Positions 21,900 through 33,928 of a DNA stretch of 64,000 nucleotides are shown piece by piece. The notes beneath the pieces are model-generated. The model worked only from the letters and a program-made list of their open reading frames with translations, ran no database searches and was not told the origin of the DNA. The DNA comes from Salisapilia sapeloensis CBS 127946 (lineage: Eukaryota > Protista > Oomycota). Position 1 is the stretch's first letter; each line of letters opens with the position of its first letter. The DNA lies in NCBI GenBank assembly GCA_023334545.1, contig JAADVB010000038.1:1-64000 (forward strand), given 5' to 3'. The position numbers and the translations under genes were made by a program.

Positions 21900-24800
21900 G
21901 TCGTTCCAGCTCACACTTGCTGCCGATGAACTAGCTTTTGCGACTGTAAGGAACGTCATGAGAAAAGCATCTCTAAATACAATGATGCTTTATTAAATAA
22001 GCTTTTCGTCTAAGAAGTTTCAATAATTTAATATTTTACTAATTTTAAGCCTATCAAAGCGTGTACGGCAATGAAGTTTTTGTTTGTGGCGCATTACACA
22101 AAAACTCTCAAAATTTTAACATTATGTGAAGGTTATAACTTTATAACATACTCAGGTCTAAATTAATAAAGAAATGGCAAATGCAAACACAACAACTGCG
22201 TGACATCGCAAAAGCTGAAAAATAGCAACTTCTATGCTATTTAGAAAACACTTTTATTTGTAAACAAATATTTGTCTGTTTATAACAGTAGAAAAAAAAT
22301 TTACGATATAACAAAAGGCTATAAACGTATAGCTGTAGTGAAGATCAAAAATTCCACAGGTATGGTTTCATAAAAACCACATGGAATGTTTCGTAACTAC
22401 CGTCGCAAACTGTTCTACCTTTTATATTTATTTCTCATGTACTATAAAATTATAAACTAGTCGTTTATCATTAAAAATTGCAGATAGTAAATTTAATTGC
22501 AACGCAAACCACAACCAAAAACTGTAAGCACTACCACATCAACTATAAAAAATTTAAACTTTAAAATATAATCCTATATATTAATACAACAAAAAGTTAG
22601 CACTGTAAACATTATAGATTCATATATGTTGAACAAGACACGATACGCCATATAATACTTTATCTAATTAAAAACAATGTGTGAAGTTAAAACAAAAACA
22701 GTATTTACAAACTCGGAGGTAACATTTTCAACATAGTTAAATGGTAGAGCTAAACATTCACAACATGACTGTTTAGAAAAATAACACTAGACGATAACAA
22801 GCAAATATTTTGTTTAAGCAAAAACAGCATACAAAAAGGCTTTATTAAAATAACAAGTAAAAAACAGAAAAATTGTATATGAAATTTTATTACAAAGATA
22901 AAAATGCTACTTTATATAGAAAAAGGCAACTCATGCAAAAATAAATGCTGCCAATGTTTGTTTATTAGTGCATGAATAACCAAACGATGAAACAATGCGA
23001 AAAAACAATATAACACGATACTACATGTATTAAGAACTGTATTATAAACATTATGCAAAGTTTTTACAAATAAAAAAATAAAAGTACACTTTAATTGCAA
23101 TACACATTATATGTAAAGTTTCTTTGTTTGTAAACATTTATAGCAGTTGCTCTATAAAAAATAACGAAATTGCGTATGCAAAACACAACAACAAATTTAC
23201 CAATATTGTCAAGTTTATTGACACAGCAAAATATTAATTAATTAATATTAACTTGTCGTATAATAATTTTGCGTGATATTTGAATTTAAAAAAAAATTTT
23301 TACTTGACAACTTCAAAAAATTGAATGCAGAATATTTACAATAATACAAAACAAAATAGTAGAGTATTTAGCTCAATTAATTTAAAATTCAGTTATTTAT
23401 TATATTTATTTTTTGTATGCTTATGTATGAAAAAGACTAAAAATTAATACAATAGTAAATATTTAAACGCCTATAAACTAACACTATTTAAAACATTTAA
23501 AAAAAAAATAATACTAAATTCAAAAGATTATGTTTTAAATAAATTTTTCTGCAGTAAATCTGTAAAACACAGTGTGTTTTATTGTGTCAAAATAGGTTAG
23601 ATTAAAAAAACATCAATTTTTTATATATAATATTGACACATTATTTGTGATCTGATAGATTTGCATCGAATGTGACAAACTACATTGTGTTTGTATGCTG
23701 TGTTTAAACTTTCTAAACATGACTTTATGTTTATGTTTTTAATCTAGCTTACGTAAATACTATATATATAAAAAAAATTTAACAACAAATTATATCTCTC
23801 AAAAAAATATTGTTTTAACGCTGACAATATAAAATTGATTAATGCGTTCGTTCTTCAGGTTTCTACTTGTGTATGAGACAAGCGATTTTTTTTGTTAAAT
23901 TTTGTTAAACCTATTAGTTTTTTACATAAATCTCTTTTTTAGACTATGTAATTGTTCTTTAAATGAGTTTTTTGTCAAGTATGTATGTATTTAGTTTTGT
24001 TTTGTTCGATGTGTCGCATTTTGCATATAATTTACTGTAAGTTCGTAAATGCTTATTGGTTTAAAGAAATACAAGGCGTACTTGTACTTTGTAATATTTA
24101 CAACTAAAAGATAAATACGCATGATTTTAAGGCTAAATATAGTGAAAAACCCTTCATTTATAAACTGTCTATTGACAATGTGTGTTAAACTCTTGTTATT
24201 CTTTTAGCTATCACATAAAGCGCAATGTTTTTCTTTTTTTTTACGTTCACATTTTATATAGAATTATTATAATAATATAAAGACGTCTGTAGACATTTAG
24301 CAGTTTAACATATTTCTTTTTGACAATTACATATAAGTTATATTGACAAATTTGTTACCTCTAAAATATTTGTGCGTAGCGGTGTTATCTTAAGAAGAAT
24401 ATATTTGTTTGTTTTTAAAGCAATACATTTAAATAGAATATGTTGATTCATTATTAGTTCTACATATTGAAACGGCTATATATGTTTAGCGTTGTAAAAT
24501 AAAGTTGTAAGCTTGTGCGAAATTTCAACACTAATTTTGCATCTACATATGGATTTTCGTTTTCATGTAACAGTAGAACATTGTAGAACCTACCTATATC
24601 TAAGCGTAAGTATAATTTATCTGTATGTACAGTTGCAGTTTATAATACATGCTTTTAGAAATGTGTACCTTCTTGTGATAGAGGTTTTCGTACATCTTGC
24701 CTTAACTTTGCCGCGATGTTATATACGACTAGCTTGGCATATATACCAACTAAAATTGATGTAGAAACTGCGCTAATGCTGTTTAGCACAAGTTTGATGT

Positions 24801-25500
24801 GGTAATTGTATCGTGTTGTTTTGTTAGATACTATTATGATTTGAGTCTTATAGAGGTTGTTTAAACGTGACGTTGCGCTCGTCTTATTAATCAAGGTTAT
24901 TTTGCTAATTTTCCTGATGTATTCTTGTGTACTATTCAAGCTTCTGCTAAACACTTTGTCGATCTGGCTCACGTATTTATTATATGTATCATGAAGAGCT
25001 TTAGATTAAAGAATGCATTTGTAAGGTATTTAGTTCGTTTACAGCCTTTTGGTATGCTCCGGTTACTAGGAGCGTTCAATTTGCTACTTCATTGAGTGAT
25101 CTTACATACCATACGTATTGGTGTATACCTGAGGACTTATGGTGATCAGCTAATGTAAACATATATAACTAAGCCACTTAAATGGTAACTCAAAGTCGTT
25201 GCTGTCGTTCTTGGCGTTATTAGCTTCGTTCCCGCGTCCTGGAATTTTCTAAGTATAATTTTCTTTGAATTTATAGATCGCCGTTCTCTTAAATTGAGTC
25301 TGGCACTACAAGCACATAAAATCGTTAAAAGTAATATGCCATTCATATATATACTCTAGTGCTTGTGTCGGTGCTGTTGGAACAATGTTATTTTATCTTA
25401 TATTTCGATGGCATATTTCAGGGATTTACTTTCAATGTTATGCTTGTTTGCAATTACACCTGTTCTATGAGATGGTTGCTTGGCTATCTATGCTGGGATG
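21900..25500. other. AT-rich, ORF-poor trough with a strand-skew inversion (candidate centromere/origin)
   Basis: Hand counts: line 23401 9/60 GC, 23461 9/60, 22861 10/60, 24241 13/60. No credible ORF. A- and C-rich top strand on the left, T- and G-rich on the right. The composition is certain; the function is inferred. Confidence 0.6.
23206..24349. repeat. Dispersed cluster of TTG(A/T)CAA and TTGACA motifs
   Basis: Full heptamer at 23206, 23304, 23972, 24172, 24320 and 24343. One-mismatch copies at 23218, 23584, 23633, 23672 and 23821. Confidence 0.7.
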
Positions 25501-27531
25501 TGATGCACATGTACTAGGCTCGACGAAGCTAGTAGCTACAGACGAACGATAGGCACACGTTGCTGTTTAAATTAGCTTACAAGCTTCACCTTTCTTATTT
25601 TGTCCGACACTGTTGCTCGACAAGCCTCCCATGCGATATGATCGCTTTTAGGTAGGCTGACTAGCGTGTGTTCGACTAATTGCCGACGACAAATGCTCTA
25701 GTAGAGTGCCGGTTTTGAACGTTGTAGTTGAACAAAATCAATAGGCATGTGAAAGGCGGTCTGAGCTGCCTGGATTGCTATTTTGTATATAGTATTTCAT
25801 TAGTTTGGAATCATGACTATTTTGTAGATCTTTCCGTCGGTGAATGTACTGGACACGGCACTGCCTACTGATTGCATGTAGTATATGTGCGCGAATTCTT
25901 CAGCTCGAATTTGCGGCAAGTCAACGCACAAGAGTGGAGCTATATGATGTTTGCATGGTTCACATCCAACACAGATATACTTCGAAGTCTGCTGCTTATG
26001 TACACTGACTGTACTGCGTTTCGCAATATAACAAAGAATGTCTTGTTCGGTGCTGTATAAGGCAAGTCGAAATACCAGTACCTGGATTATCTGCAACCAC
26101 TCGAGCTCTTTTGTTTACATCAGGAGCACAACGTTACCACAGTTGGGATGAAGCGTTCTCACAGGCTAGGCATAAAAATCTTTTTCGCGTGCAGCAATAT
26201 TACTCGTCTAGATTACTGCAGGACGTCGAAATCAGCTATTGAAGAAAGTAAAGTTTAAAATGTACAACTTCGTAGCGAAAAGTGGCAGCGCACAAGCTGC
26301 TGTCTGGAAATAGAGTACTGTACTCGGTTTTCTTCAACTCTTTTCCTATTGCTTCCTTTCTATACGCTTCGGATTGGTTAACGCACCGTGAGATGCTTCG
26401 CTTGGAGACTTTTGGTGTCATGTCATTTTCAATTCGTGGCTAGTTGTCGTGCGCGACCTCACATTGGATGCCAATACGACAGTCGTGTAGCAAATAGAAT
26501 TCACTAGGTCCTAGATGTACTGACCGCGTTAAGTAAAGCACACTGCTTCATCAATGCCGCAATTCGCTTGCTAGAAAAAGAAGCATGCGACTCTTGTCTC
26601 TCACTACTAAACTACGTTTTCACAAATCTTTATGCATGAGCAGGCAGTAGGATCAGAAGTGGGCCGAAGAGAAAGATCCACTGCTTTCCGTAGGTCCAAA
26701 TCTTGTGTCATAGTCTGTACCCTGAATAGGATTGTAGTATGAACAGTAGCTACGATTGATGTAATCAAAACGACAAGCTTCGTCGGTGAAACGTAATGCA
26801 GGTCAAGTTTGTAATCGCACTTTGACTACTTTAGTACTTCCCGAATACTTTTGATATGAATTGAGATTTCACGGACACTAGACACCGGATTCCATCGTTA
26901 AAGTAGAATGTGTAAATCTAGTGTCTATAGGTCAAGATCCTGGCCGAAGCGGTATTTGTTGTCGTACGAGTATGATGTACTTCAGCATTAATCTCTGTCC
27001 GTAAGCCATTCTTGATAAATAGCACATTCTCTACATGCAAGTCTTGCTACGACGTACCTTTTATCCTAAAATAGTAAATCGAAACGTGAAAGCAGTAGGA
27101 GCAAATCATACGCTTGTCTGTACACAAAGCTATTATGTACTTGGCAAATTTGCGACTTATGAGCGTAACTCCATGGCATGTTTCCGTCAACTTCAATAAA
27201 TGGGCAGCTCAAAGCATATCGGCCCGCCGTGGGCAGAGTAAATACTATAGAATTTCGATTTGATCACTATTGGACTCTACCATAATAGGTCCTGTAGATA
27301 TGTCTAGATCACGGTGTCCACTTCCAAGACCGATACCTGTGTTTCTGTGCCGATGGAGACTCTATTGCCTCTACTTTCAACATGGAAAACTACGTCTTCG
27401 TCTAAATCTCATATCATATTTCCTGCTCTGTCTAGGCCTCATCCGACCACCTTCGGCATGCAAGGGACATCGTCATGCAATATTCGAATAGAAAAGAAGG
27501 ACGGTTCGTGTTGGTAGTCGAAAGTCTATTT

Positions 27532-30500
27532 CTACCTACGTCGCTTGCTGAGACGCCATGCGTCCTGCGGATTGAAGCGGTCGTACAGCGGCTCGATCTT
27601 TTCATTCCGCTTGCGCTTGGACAGTTTCGACGGATCTCCTTTCTTAAAGAACGCAGGCGCGAGTTCCACGAGCCACTTGGGCTCAATCGTCATGATCTGG
27701 CGCATGTACTCTTTCGTCGTCAGCACGAGTTCATGGTAAAGCAGCCACTCTGGACTCTTGTTGAAGAGCGCAGAGGACGGGTGGATGTAGACTGGCTGTC
27801 CCTCGACCATGGTTCTGTAGCCTTCCTGCGGATCCTTCTTGGCCGTGTTGGCGAAGTAGCCCGACACGATGGCTTTCCGTACCTTGTCGTAGCTCTTTCC
27901 ACACGACACGACGTCCATCTTATATCGATCCAAAATCGCCAGCAGCTGCTTCCGGACGTCCTGCGCTCTCCGAATGGCTCTGGCCTGGATAAAGTTCTCG
28001 TAGCACCAGGGGTTGGAGAACTTGCTGTTCTTCCAGGCATCGTAGACCGCCAGGAGCGTCAGGTGGTCTCCCTCTGGCTGGTGGAACTTGGCTTTCTTCT
28101 GGTCCGCCTGCGCCTGCTTCTCCTTGGGCCGGAAAAAGATGTTTTCGACACTGAGCATAGCGACGATCGTGAGCACCTCCTCTGCGCACCCCAGCACGAC
28201 GCTCGTGAGCAGGACCTTGGCGTTCTTGGGCTCGACGGGAAACTCGGCCATTTTCCGGCCGAGTCTTGTGAGCAGCCCTTCGTCGTCCAGCGCACCGAGG
28301 GCAAAGAGGTTTTCGAGGGCGCTGACCATGGCTTGTTGGGGCGGAGGGTCCATGAAGTCAAAGGCCAGGAGGTCGTTGACGCCCATGGCTTTCAGCTGGA
28401 GGACGACGCTGCCGAGGTTGGCTCGCTGGATCTCGGGCACGGTCGTGGGAAGCATTTCGTTCTTATACGCGTTCTCGGTGTAGAGTCGGTAGCACTTGCC
28501 CGGCCCTGTCCGCCCAGCTCTCCCCGCGCGCTGCCTCGCCGACGCCTGGGAGCAAGGCACTACGACGAGCGAGTCCATGCCGATCTTGGCGTTGAAGGCG
28601 TTCTGCTTGCAGAAGCCAGGGTCGACGACGTAGTAGATGCCATCGATGGTGAGGGAGGCCTCTGCGATGTTGGTCGCCACGACGCACTTGCGAGAGCCCT
28701 TGGGCGCCGGCTCGAAGATTCGGGACTGCATCTCGGACGGGAGGGCTCCGTAGACGGGGAGGATGATGAGCTCTGGGGCGAGAGCTCTGTCTTGGAGAGA
28801 CTTGATGCGCTGGTACAAGACTTCGCAGGCCGTGTCGATCTCCTCTTGGCCAGTGAGGAAGAGCAGGATGTCTCCTTCCGGCTCCGACAGGTGGATCTGC
28901 ATGACACACAGGAGCGCTGCGTCCAGGTAGTCCGTCTCCGGTTCCTTGGTGTATAGAATCTCGACCGGGAACGTCCTGCCTGGGATGGTAAAGATCGGGC
29001 AGTCGAAAAAGTAGCGAGAGAACTTGTCTGCATCGAGCGTCGCAGAGGTGATGATGAGCTTGAGGTCCTTCCTCTTCCTCGCGAGGTCCTTGAGCAGACC
29101 GAAGAGGACGTCCGTGTTGATCGTCCGCTCGTGCGCTTCGTCCAGCATCAGAGCACTGTATTTCGAGAGCGTCGGGTCCGCCAAGTACTCTCGCAAGAGC
29201 ATACCTTCCGTCATGTACTTGATGATGGTCTCGGACGACGTGCAGTCCTCAAATCGCATGCTGTACCCCACCTCCTGTCCGAGCTCACACCCGAACTCCT
29301 CCGCGACACGCTTCGCGACAGAAGACGCGGCCACTCGTCTCGGCTGCGTGCACCCGATCAGCCCCTTGGACGTGAGGCCCATCTCGGCCATGTACTGCGT
29401 CATCTGCGTCGTCTTGCCGCTGCCAGTCTCGCCGATGACCACCAGCACCTGGTTGTCCGCAATGGCCTCCATCAGCTGCTTCTTGAGCGTGAACACCGGG
29501 AGCGACTGCCGCTGCTCCAACAGAGACTTGTTCGACACGATCCCGTACGACAGGTTCTTCCCCATGCTCTTTTGCTTCCACTCGGGCTGCTCCGACACGC
29601 CGCCCATGTTGATGCCACGAAGCTCCTGCGCAAAGTGTCTGTCCCCAGCGTCAGGCATCGGGTCTTCCCACGGACGATTCAGGTCCTTGGGAATAGACTC
29701 GATCAGCTCGTTCGCCTGCGCCTGCCGGAGCTCTCGACGCTCCTTGGCCAGACTCGACTGAGTCAGAGCAGCCCGCTGGAGCGTCCCGTCGGGGTTCTTG
29801 ACGATCTTGACGGGAGACAGGTCCTTGGTGGCAGCTGTCTGTCCTCGGAGGAAGACCGGCTCGTCCTCATTCAGCTCCACCTCGTAGTTCTCTTCCGTCT
29901 CCTGGGCGTTCAAGACGCCTTGGTCCTCGTCCAGCGTCGGGTAGTCCTCCATCGACAGGACGCCAGAGTTGATCAGCTGACGAGCCTCCCACCGTTCCGG
30001 AGACGACATGCGCTTCGACATGCGCTGGACCTTGCCATCGTCCTGCTGCGTCTGGTGGCTCATGCCAGGCGCAGACGGATTCACCCACGACCGGTCCGAC
30101 CTCGCAGCCTCTGCCTTGGCTTCCGACAGACCTTCCGACGACCGCATCGGCTTGAGGTCTTCGCCCGTCCGCTGGTCCACCTCCTTCATGGACATGCTGA
30201 GCTTCCGGCCGTTCTTGCTGATGACTTTGACTTTGACCCGGTCTCCTCTGCCTAGCACGTCCTTCGGATTCGACACGCGCTCCCGACGGATGTTGGAGAT
30301 GTGGACCAGACCTTCTCGGTGCTCTGCTTGGACGTCCTGGAGCTCCACGAACGCCCCAAAGTCCATCAATTTCACCACTTTGGCGTCGTAGATTCCGTAT
30401 AGCTCTAATGTCCGAGGGGGAGACCGGCCTCTGCGGCGCCGACCGAACTCGTCTCTATCATCCGACCGACGAGAGTCGTCTCGACCTCGACGCTCTTCCG

Positions 30501-30834
30501 TCGTGGCCATGTCGGACTCTTGGAGACCTGGAATGTCCGACACGGTTAAAGGACCTTCTGGCTTGGAAGAAGGCTTCTTCGCTTTTGCCTTGGCTGGGTT
30601 CTTCTTTGCCGGAGCAGCCGTCATGGTCTGTACGATCCGATGGAGGTTCTGGGCCAGAGCCGTCGGCAGCGGCAGGTCGTTGGCCTTGATGGCCTGGAGG
30701 AAGTCGTCTACAGACGGATTCTCACGGACCATGTCGATGACAAACTCCGCGACGGTCTTGTCACTCATGCCTAGATGTGTCTCGAGCTCCGTGCATACCT
30801 TGGAGACGAGCGATAGTTCCTGCAGCTTGTCCAT
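27532..30834 (-). CDS. PRP22: Pre-mRNA splicing DEAH-box helicase Prp22/DHX8
   Basis: S1 domain ('[13 protein letters not shown]'), '[12 protein letters not shown]', '[10 protein letters not shown]', 'DEAHER', 'SAT' and 'QRAGRAGR'. C-terminus 'KIEPLYDRF...AWRLSKRR'. Intronless. Confidence 0.97.
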   Translation of the reverse strand: MDKLQELSLVSKVCTELETHLGMSDKTVAEFVIDMVRENPSVDDFLQAIKANDLPLPTALAQNLHRIVQTMTAAPAKKNPAKAKAKKPSSKPEGPLTVSDIPGLQESDMATTEERRGRDDSRRSDDRDEFGRRRRGRSPPRTLELYGIYDAKVVKLMDFGAFVELQDVQAEHREGLVHISNIRRERVSNPKDVLGRGDRVKVKVISKNGRKLSMSMKEVDQRTGEDLKPMRSSEGLSEAKAEAARSDRSWVNPSAPGMSHQTQQDDGKVQRMSKRMSSPERWEARQLINSGVLSMEDYPTLDEDQGVLNAQETEENYEVELNEDEPVFLRGQTAATKDLSPVKIVKNPDGTLQRAALTQSSLAKERRELRQAQANELIESIPKDLNRPWEDPMPDAGDRHFAQELRGINMGGVSEQPEWKQKSMGKNLSYGIVSNKSLLEQRQSLPVFTLKKQLMEAIADNQVLVVIGETGSGKTTQMTQYMAEMGLTSKGLIGCTQPRRVAASSVAKRVAEEFGCELGQEVGYSMRFEDCTSSETIIKYMTEGMLLREYLADPTLSKYSALMLDEAHERTINTDVLFGLLKDLARKRKDLKLIITSATLDADKFSRYFFDCPIFTIPGRTFPVEILYTKEPETDYLDAALLCVMQIHLSEPEGDILLFLTGQEEIDTACEVLYQRIKSLQDRALAPELIILPVYGALPSEMQSRIFEPAPKGSRKCVVATNIAEASLTIDGIYYVVDPGFCKQNAFNAKIGMDSLVVVPCSQASARQRAGRAGRTGPGKCYRLYTENAYKNEMLPTTVPEIQRANLGSVVLQLKAMGVNDLLAFDFMDPPPQQAMVSALENLFALGALDDEGLLTRLGRKMAEFPVEPKNAKVLLTSVVLGCAEEVLTIVAMLSVENIFFRPKEKQAQADQKKAKFHQPEGDHLTLLAVYDAWKNSKFSNPWCYENFIQARAIRRAQDVRKQLLAILDRYKMDVVSCGKSYDKVRKAIVSGYFANTAKKDPQEGYRTMVEGQPVYIHPSSALFNKSPEWLLYHELVLTTKEYMRQIMTIEPKWLVELAPAFFKKGDPSKLSKRKRNEKIEPLYDRFNPQDAWRLSKRRR

Positions 30835-31093
30835 CTCGCGCCGGCCGAGAGCTCGGTGTCTATTAAGTCTCCGGAGGAAGACGAAAGAGTTGTGGAGGTT
30901 CTTTCGTCTACCAATCACGACACCTGGACATGAGATATATCACCATGTGACCAATAGGACGGAGGAAGGACGCCGGAAAAACAGGCGGAAGGCTTGAACG
31001 GAAGACGGAGGAGGAAGCGAAGCGCAGAGGAGAGCTACTTGGCACAGACAAGTAGCGTTATTATATCCTAAGAGTAGTACACTTCAGAGGAGG

Positions 31094-32071
31094 ATGAGTC
31101 AAGGTGGACACTGGTCAGCGATGGGCGCCATGTCGTCGTCGCCGTCGCTGCCACACGGAGCTTCGTACCTGCCCAAGGCGCAGACGGACGACTTCGCGCC
31201 TATCATCAAGGCCATGAAGGTCGAGGAGAACGCTCAGAGGCGGCAGGGTCGGTATCCAAGTCAGAAGAGTGAGAACGAGGTGTCTGCTGGAGCAGCGTCA
31301 CCCACGACGTCGGTGGCGTCGTCGACGACCAGGGAGAGAGGGAAGAAGCGGTATCCGTGCGAAGAGCCCAACTGCGGCAAGTCGTTTGACTCTCGCTGGG
31401 CCTTGGTCCGGTACGTTTGTAGTAGTAGTAGAGAAAGGAAGGAGATGCTGAGACCTGGGCTAGACACATTCGAGTGCACACCGGCGAGAAGCCTTTTCCG
31501 TGCACGTACCCCAACTGCGGCAAGTCGTTTGCTGAAAAGTCCGCCATGACACGGTACGTCTTCTATAGGTAGACGATAGGCCTGTACTAAGTTGTGGGTG
31601 TATAGACACTTGCAGACGCACTCTCGCGTGAAGCCGTACAAGTGCACGTACGAAGGCTGCAGCAAGAGCTTCAAAGGGAAAGATTACCTCGGTACTCTCT
31701 AGTGTCTTCATCTCGTACCAAGCCACTAACTCTGGACAGAATTCCATCTGAAAATCCATGAAGAAGGGAATCCGTACGCGTGTGAGTTTCCCAACTGCTC
31801 CAAGACCTTTTGCAGTCCCAAAAGCCTCAAGAAACACATGCGGCAAGGCCACGGCCAAGACGTCGACGTCCTGCCGCCTACGCAAGACCCCAAGCCTCCT
31901 TCGGAAGCGCCTGAGAATACGTCCGTGGAGCAGTTCCTCCGCGACCGGATCATCCGGATGGCGACGAGAGACAAGGAGCGTTCGCAGCGGTATGAAGCGA
32001 CGATCCAGGAGCTCCGGGAGGAGAACGAGCGTCTCCAGAGACGTCTGCTGGAGCTCGAGCCTCCCCTCTAA
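31094..32071 (+). CDS. C2H2 zinc-finger transcription factor (four fingers) with a C-terminal coiled coil; three introns
   Basis: '[16 protein letters not shown]|[13 protein letters not shown]', '[13 protein letters not shown]' and '[19 protein letters not shown]', then '[19 protein letters not shown]'. Confidence 0.88.
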
Positions 32072-32147
32072 CGTCCTAGTATCAATGTATGTGGAAAAGC
32101 AACAAGATTCGTTTTTGTCAACTGTCTGTCTGTCGCTCGTGTTCAAG

Positions 32148-33785
32148 TTACATCCCGCGGGGCTTGGGGCCTCCTGCCGGCTTGCTCATGATGATCTGGT
32201 CCACGCGGAGGACGGTGATGGCGGCGTCGGCGCCTAGTCGGATGGCCGACTGCTTGGTCTGCAGGTGGTCCCAGATGCCCTTGGCGAGCGCGTCTTCCAC
32301 CACGTGCCTGTCGCTATAGTCGTCCACTTCGACGCCGGCGCTGCTCTTGCCTGCTGCGTGGAGAGAGTAGAGTGCCGAGAGCACTTCCGTGGCCTGCTTC
32401 CCAGAGTTCTCGGCCAAGATCCGCGGCACGACTTCAATCGCGTCGCCAAACTTCTTGATGGCGTACTGGTCGAGGCCTGGCGTGGACTCACCAAAGGCCT
32501 TGATCTGACGAGAGAGAGAGAGCTCGGTGGCGCCTGCACCTGCCACGAAGGCGCTCTGTTTGCACGTCGCCTTGAGGCAGTTGACGCCGTCGTCGATGGC
32601 GCGCTCCATGTCGTTCAGGACGTTGTCCGTGGACGCTCGGAGGACGATGGTGGAGATCTTGGCGTCGTCCGACTCCTGCGTGAAGAGCGTGACCTTGTTG
32701 CCGCCAATCTCCTTGACCTGGACCTTGTCGCAGAAGCCCATCTCGTCCGGCGTCGGCGCTCCGAGACGCACGAGCGCGTGGGCGTTGACTGCTCGGCAGA
32801 GGCGACGGAGCTCCCACTTGGACGTGATCTTGACGGCCATGAGCTTGTGCTTTTCTAAAAAGTGGAGCGCCATCTCGCTGATGCTGCCACCGGACACGAC
32901 GACCGAAGCGCCACTGTCTGCGATGGCTCGGATGGCCTCCTCCAAGTGCTGCTCCTCGCCCTTGTTGTAGTTCATGAGCTCGTCGGCGTCCTTGATGAGC
33001 ACCGTGCTCTTGGCTTCGGTCGAAGAGACCTCGAGGCCGCAGCCAAAGACAGCGACCTTGGCGCTCTCGGCCTTCTTGATGTTGCCCTCAGCGTTCCGCT
33101 GAACCGCCATGCCGCGCACGACCATCGAGTCGTGGACGTTCCCGCCGCGGAGCTTGCAGACGCGGATGTTGTCGACGTTGATGCTGGGCTTCTTGGGCTT
33201 GGCCGGCATCACGTTCAGACAGGCCTCTGCCACGAGGTTGGAGAGCAGATCTTCGTACCCGTACTGCTTGGATGCGAGAGACGTCTTGACGGCCTTCTGG
33301 AGCTCCGCAAGGTCTCGGACGTCGGATGGGCCGGTCGTCGGCGCCTGTTCCAGCAGCTCGACGCACTTGTCGTAGGCTTTCTGGTACCCCGTGACGATCT
33401 CGCTCGCGTGGAGACCCATGCGCAGGAGCGACGCTGCTTCCATGAGCAACTCGCCTGCGAGTGCGACCGTGAGGCACGTTCCGTCGCCATAGTCGTTCTC
33501 CTGCATCTTGGCGGCCATGACGACCATCTTGGCTGCTGGGTGCACGACCTCTAGCTCCTGGACGATAGCTGCCGTGTCGCTCGTGACAAAGATCTTTTCC
33601 AAGTGGTTGATCACGAGCTTGTTCATGCCGTTCGGTCCGAGCGAAGAGCGTGTGATGGCCGCGAGCTGTTTGACCGCGTCAATGTTCTTCGCGACGGCTT
33701 CGTCAACACCTTCAAAGTGCTTATGTCCTTCTTTGAGGAGGGAGGAGAGCCCTCCGGCGACATTGTAGCCCATGGATTTCGACAT
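32148..33785 (-). CDS. CCT8: T-complex protein 1 subunit theta
   Basis: 'SSLGPNGMNKLVINHLEKIFVTSDTAAIVQELEVVHPAAK', 'GDGT', 'IERAIDDGVN'-like motif and 'DQIIMSKPAGGPK'. Confidence 0.96.
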   Translation of the reverse strand: MSKSMGYNVAGGLSSLLKEGHKHFEGVDEAVAKNIDAVKQLAAITRSSLGPNGMNKLVINHLEKIFVTSDTAAIVQELEVVHPAAKMVVMAAKMQENDYGDGTCLTVALAGELLMEAASLLRMGLHASEIVTGYQKAYDKCVELLEQAPTTGPSDVRDLAELQKAVKTSLASKQYGYEDLLSNLVAEACLNVMPAKPKKPSINVDNIRVCKLRGGNVHDSMVVRGMAVQRNAEGNIKKAESAKVAVFGCGLEVSSTEAKSTVLIKDADELMNYNKGEEQHLEEAIRAIADSGASVVVSGGSISEMALHFLEKHKLMAVKITSKWELRRLCRAVNAHALVRLGAPTPDEMGFCDKVQVKEIGGNKVTLFTQESDDAKISTIVLRASTDNVLNDMERAIDDGVNCLKATCKQSAFVAGAGATELSLSRQIKAFGESTPGLDQYAIKKFGDAIEVVPRILAENSGKQATEVLSALYSLHAAGKSSAGVEVDDYSDRHVVEDALAKGIWDHLQTKQSAIRLGADAAITVLRVDQIIMSKPAGGPKPRGM

Positions 33786-33928
33786 GGTGGTAGATAGACG
33801 TACGAGGTGTCTGGTAGATCCTAAACGCCACTTTGATCTTTGGACACTGGCGGCTGCTTTCTTATTGGACAAAAACTAGATCCGACAGATGTAATTGGAC
33901 GAAAAGGAGCAAGACGGTGGAAAGGGAC

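Noticed and set aside
20400-21900. Short ORFs flanking the AT trough (20671-21069, 21434-21685, and 25800-26096 on the other side) as genes
   Set aside because: They are short, show no motifs and I could not build a consistent spliced model. An intron-rich lineage-specific gene remains possible but is unsupported.
23206-24349. TTGACA copies as bacterial sigma70 -35 boxes
   Set aside because: The context is eukaryotic, there are no downstream ORFs or ribosome-binding sites, and the copies occur in both orientations, mostly as the TTGWCAA quasi-palindrome.
22000-25000. AT richness as RIP-like or CpG-methylation erosion of a transposon
   Set aside because: By eye, CA/TG and CG dinucleotides remain common (for example AAACACAACAAC, CGATACGCC, GCGTAGCGG). 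No LTR, terminal inverted repeat or RT remnant was seen. Dinucleotide ratios were not computed.
21900-25500. AT-rich tract as a mitochondrial insertion (NUMT), bacterial contaminant or viral insert
   Set aside because: Oomycete mtDNA and AT-rich bacterial or viral DNA are gene-dense, yet no credible ORF, tRNA or rRNA motif is visible here. The boundaries are graded rather than sharp. A very old decayed insertion cannot be excluded without a search.
7268-33554. Long antisense or alternative-frame ORFs over GAD (7268-8545), the SDR (11293-12168), CTP synthase (14099-15763), Elp3, Prp22 (27475-28956) and CCT8
   Set aside because: These are shadow ORFs expected from strong GC3 bias, which removes stops on the opposite strand. 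Their translations show no recognisable motifs.
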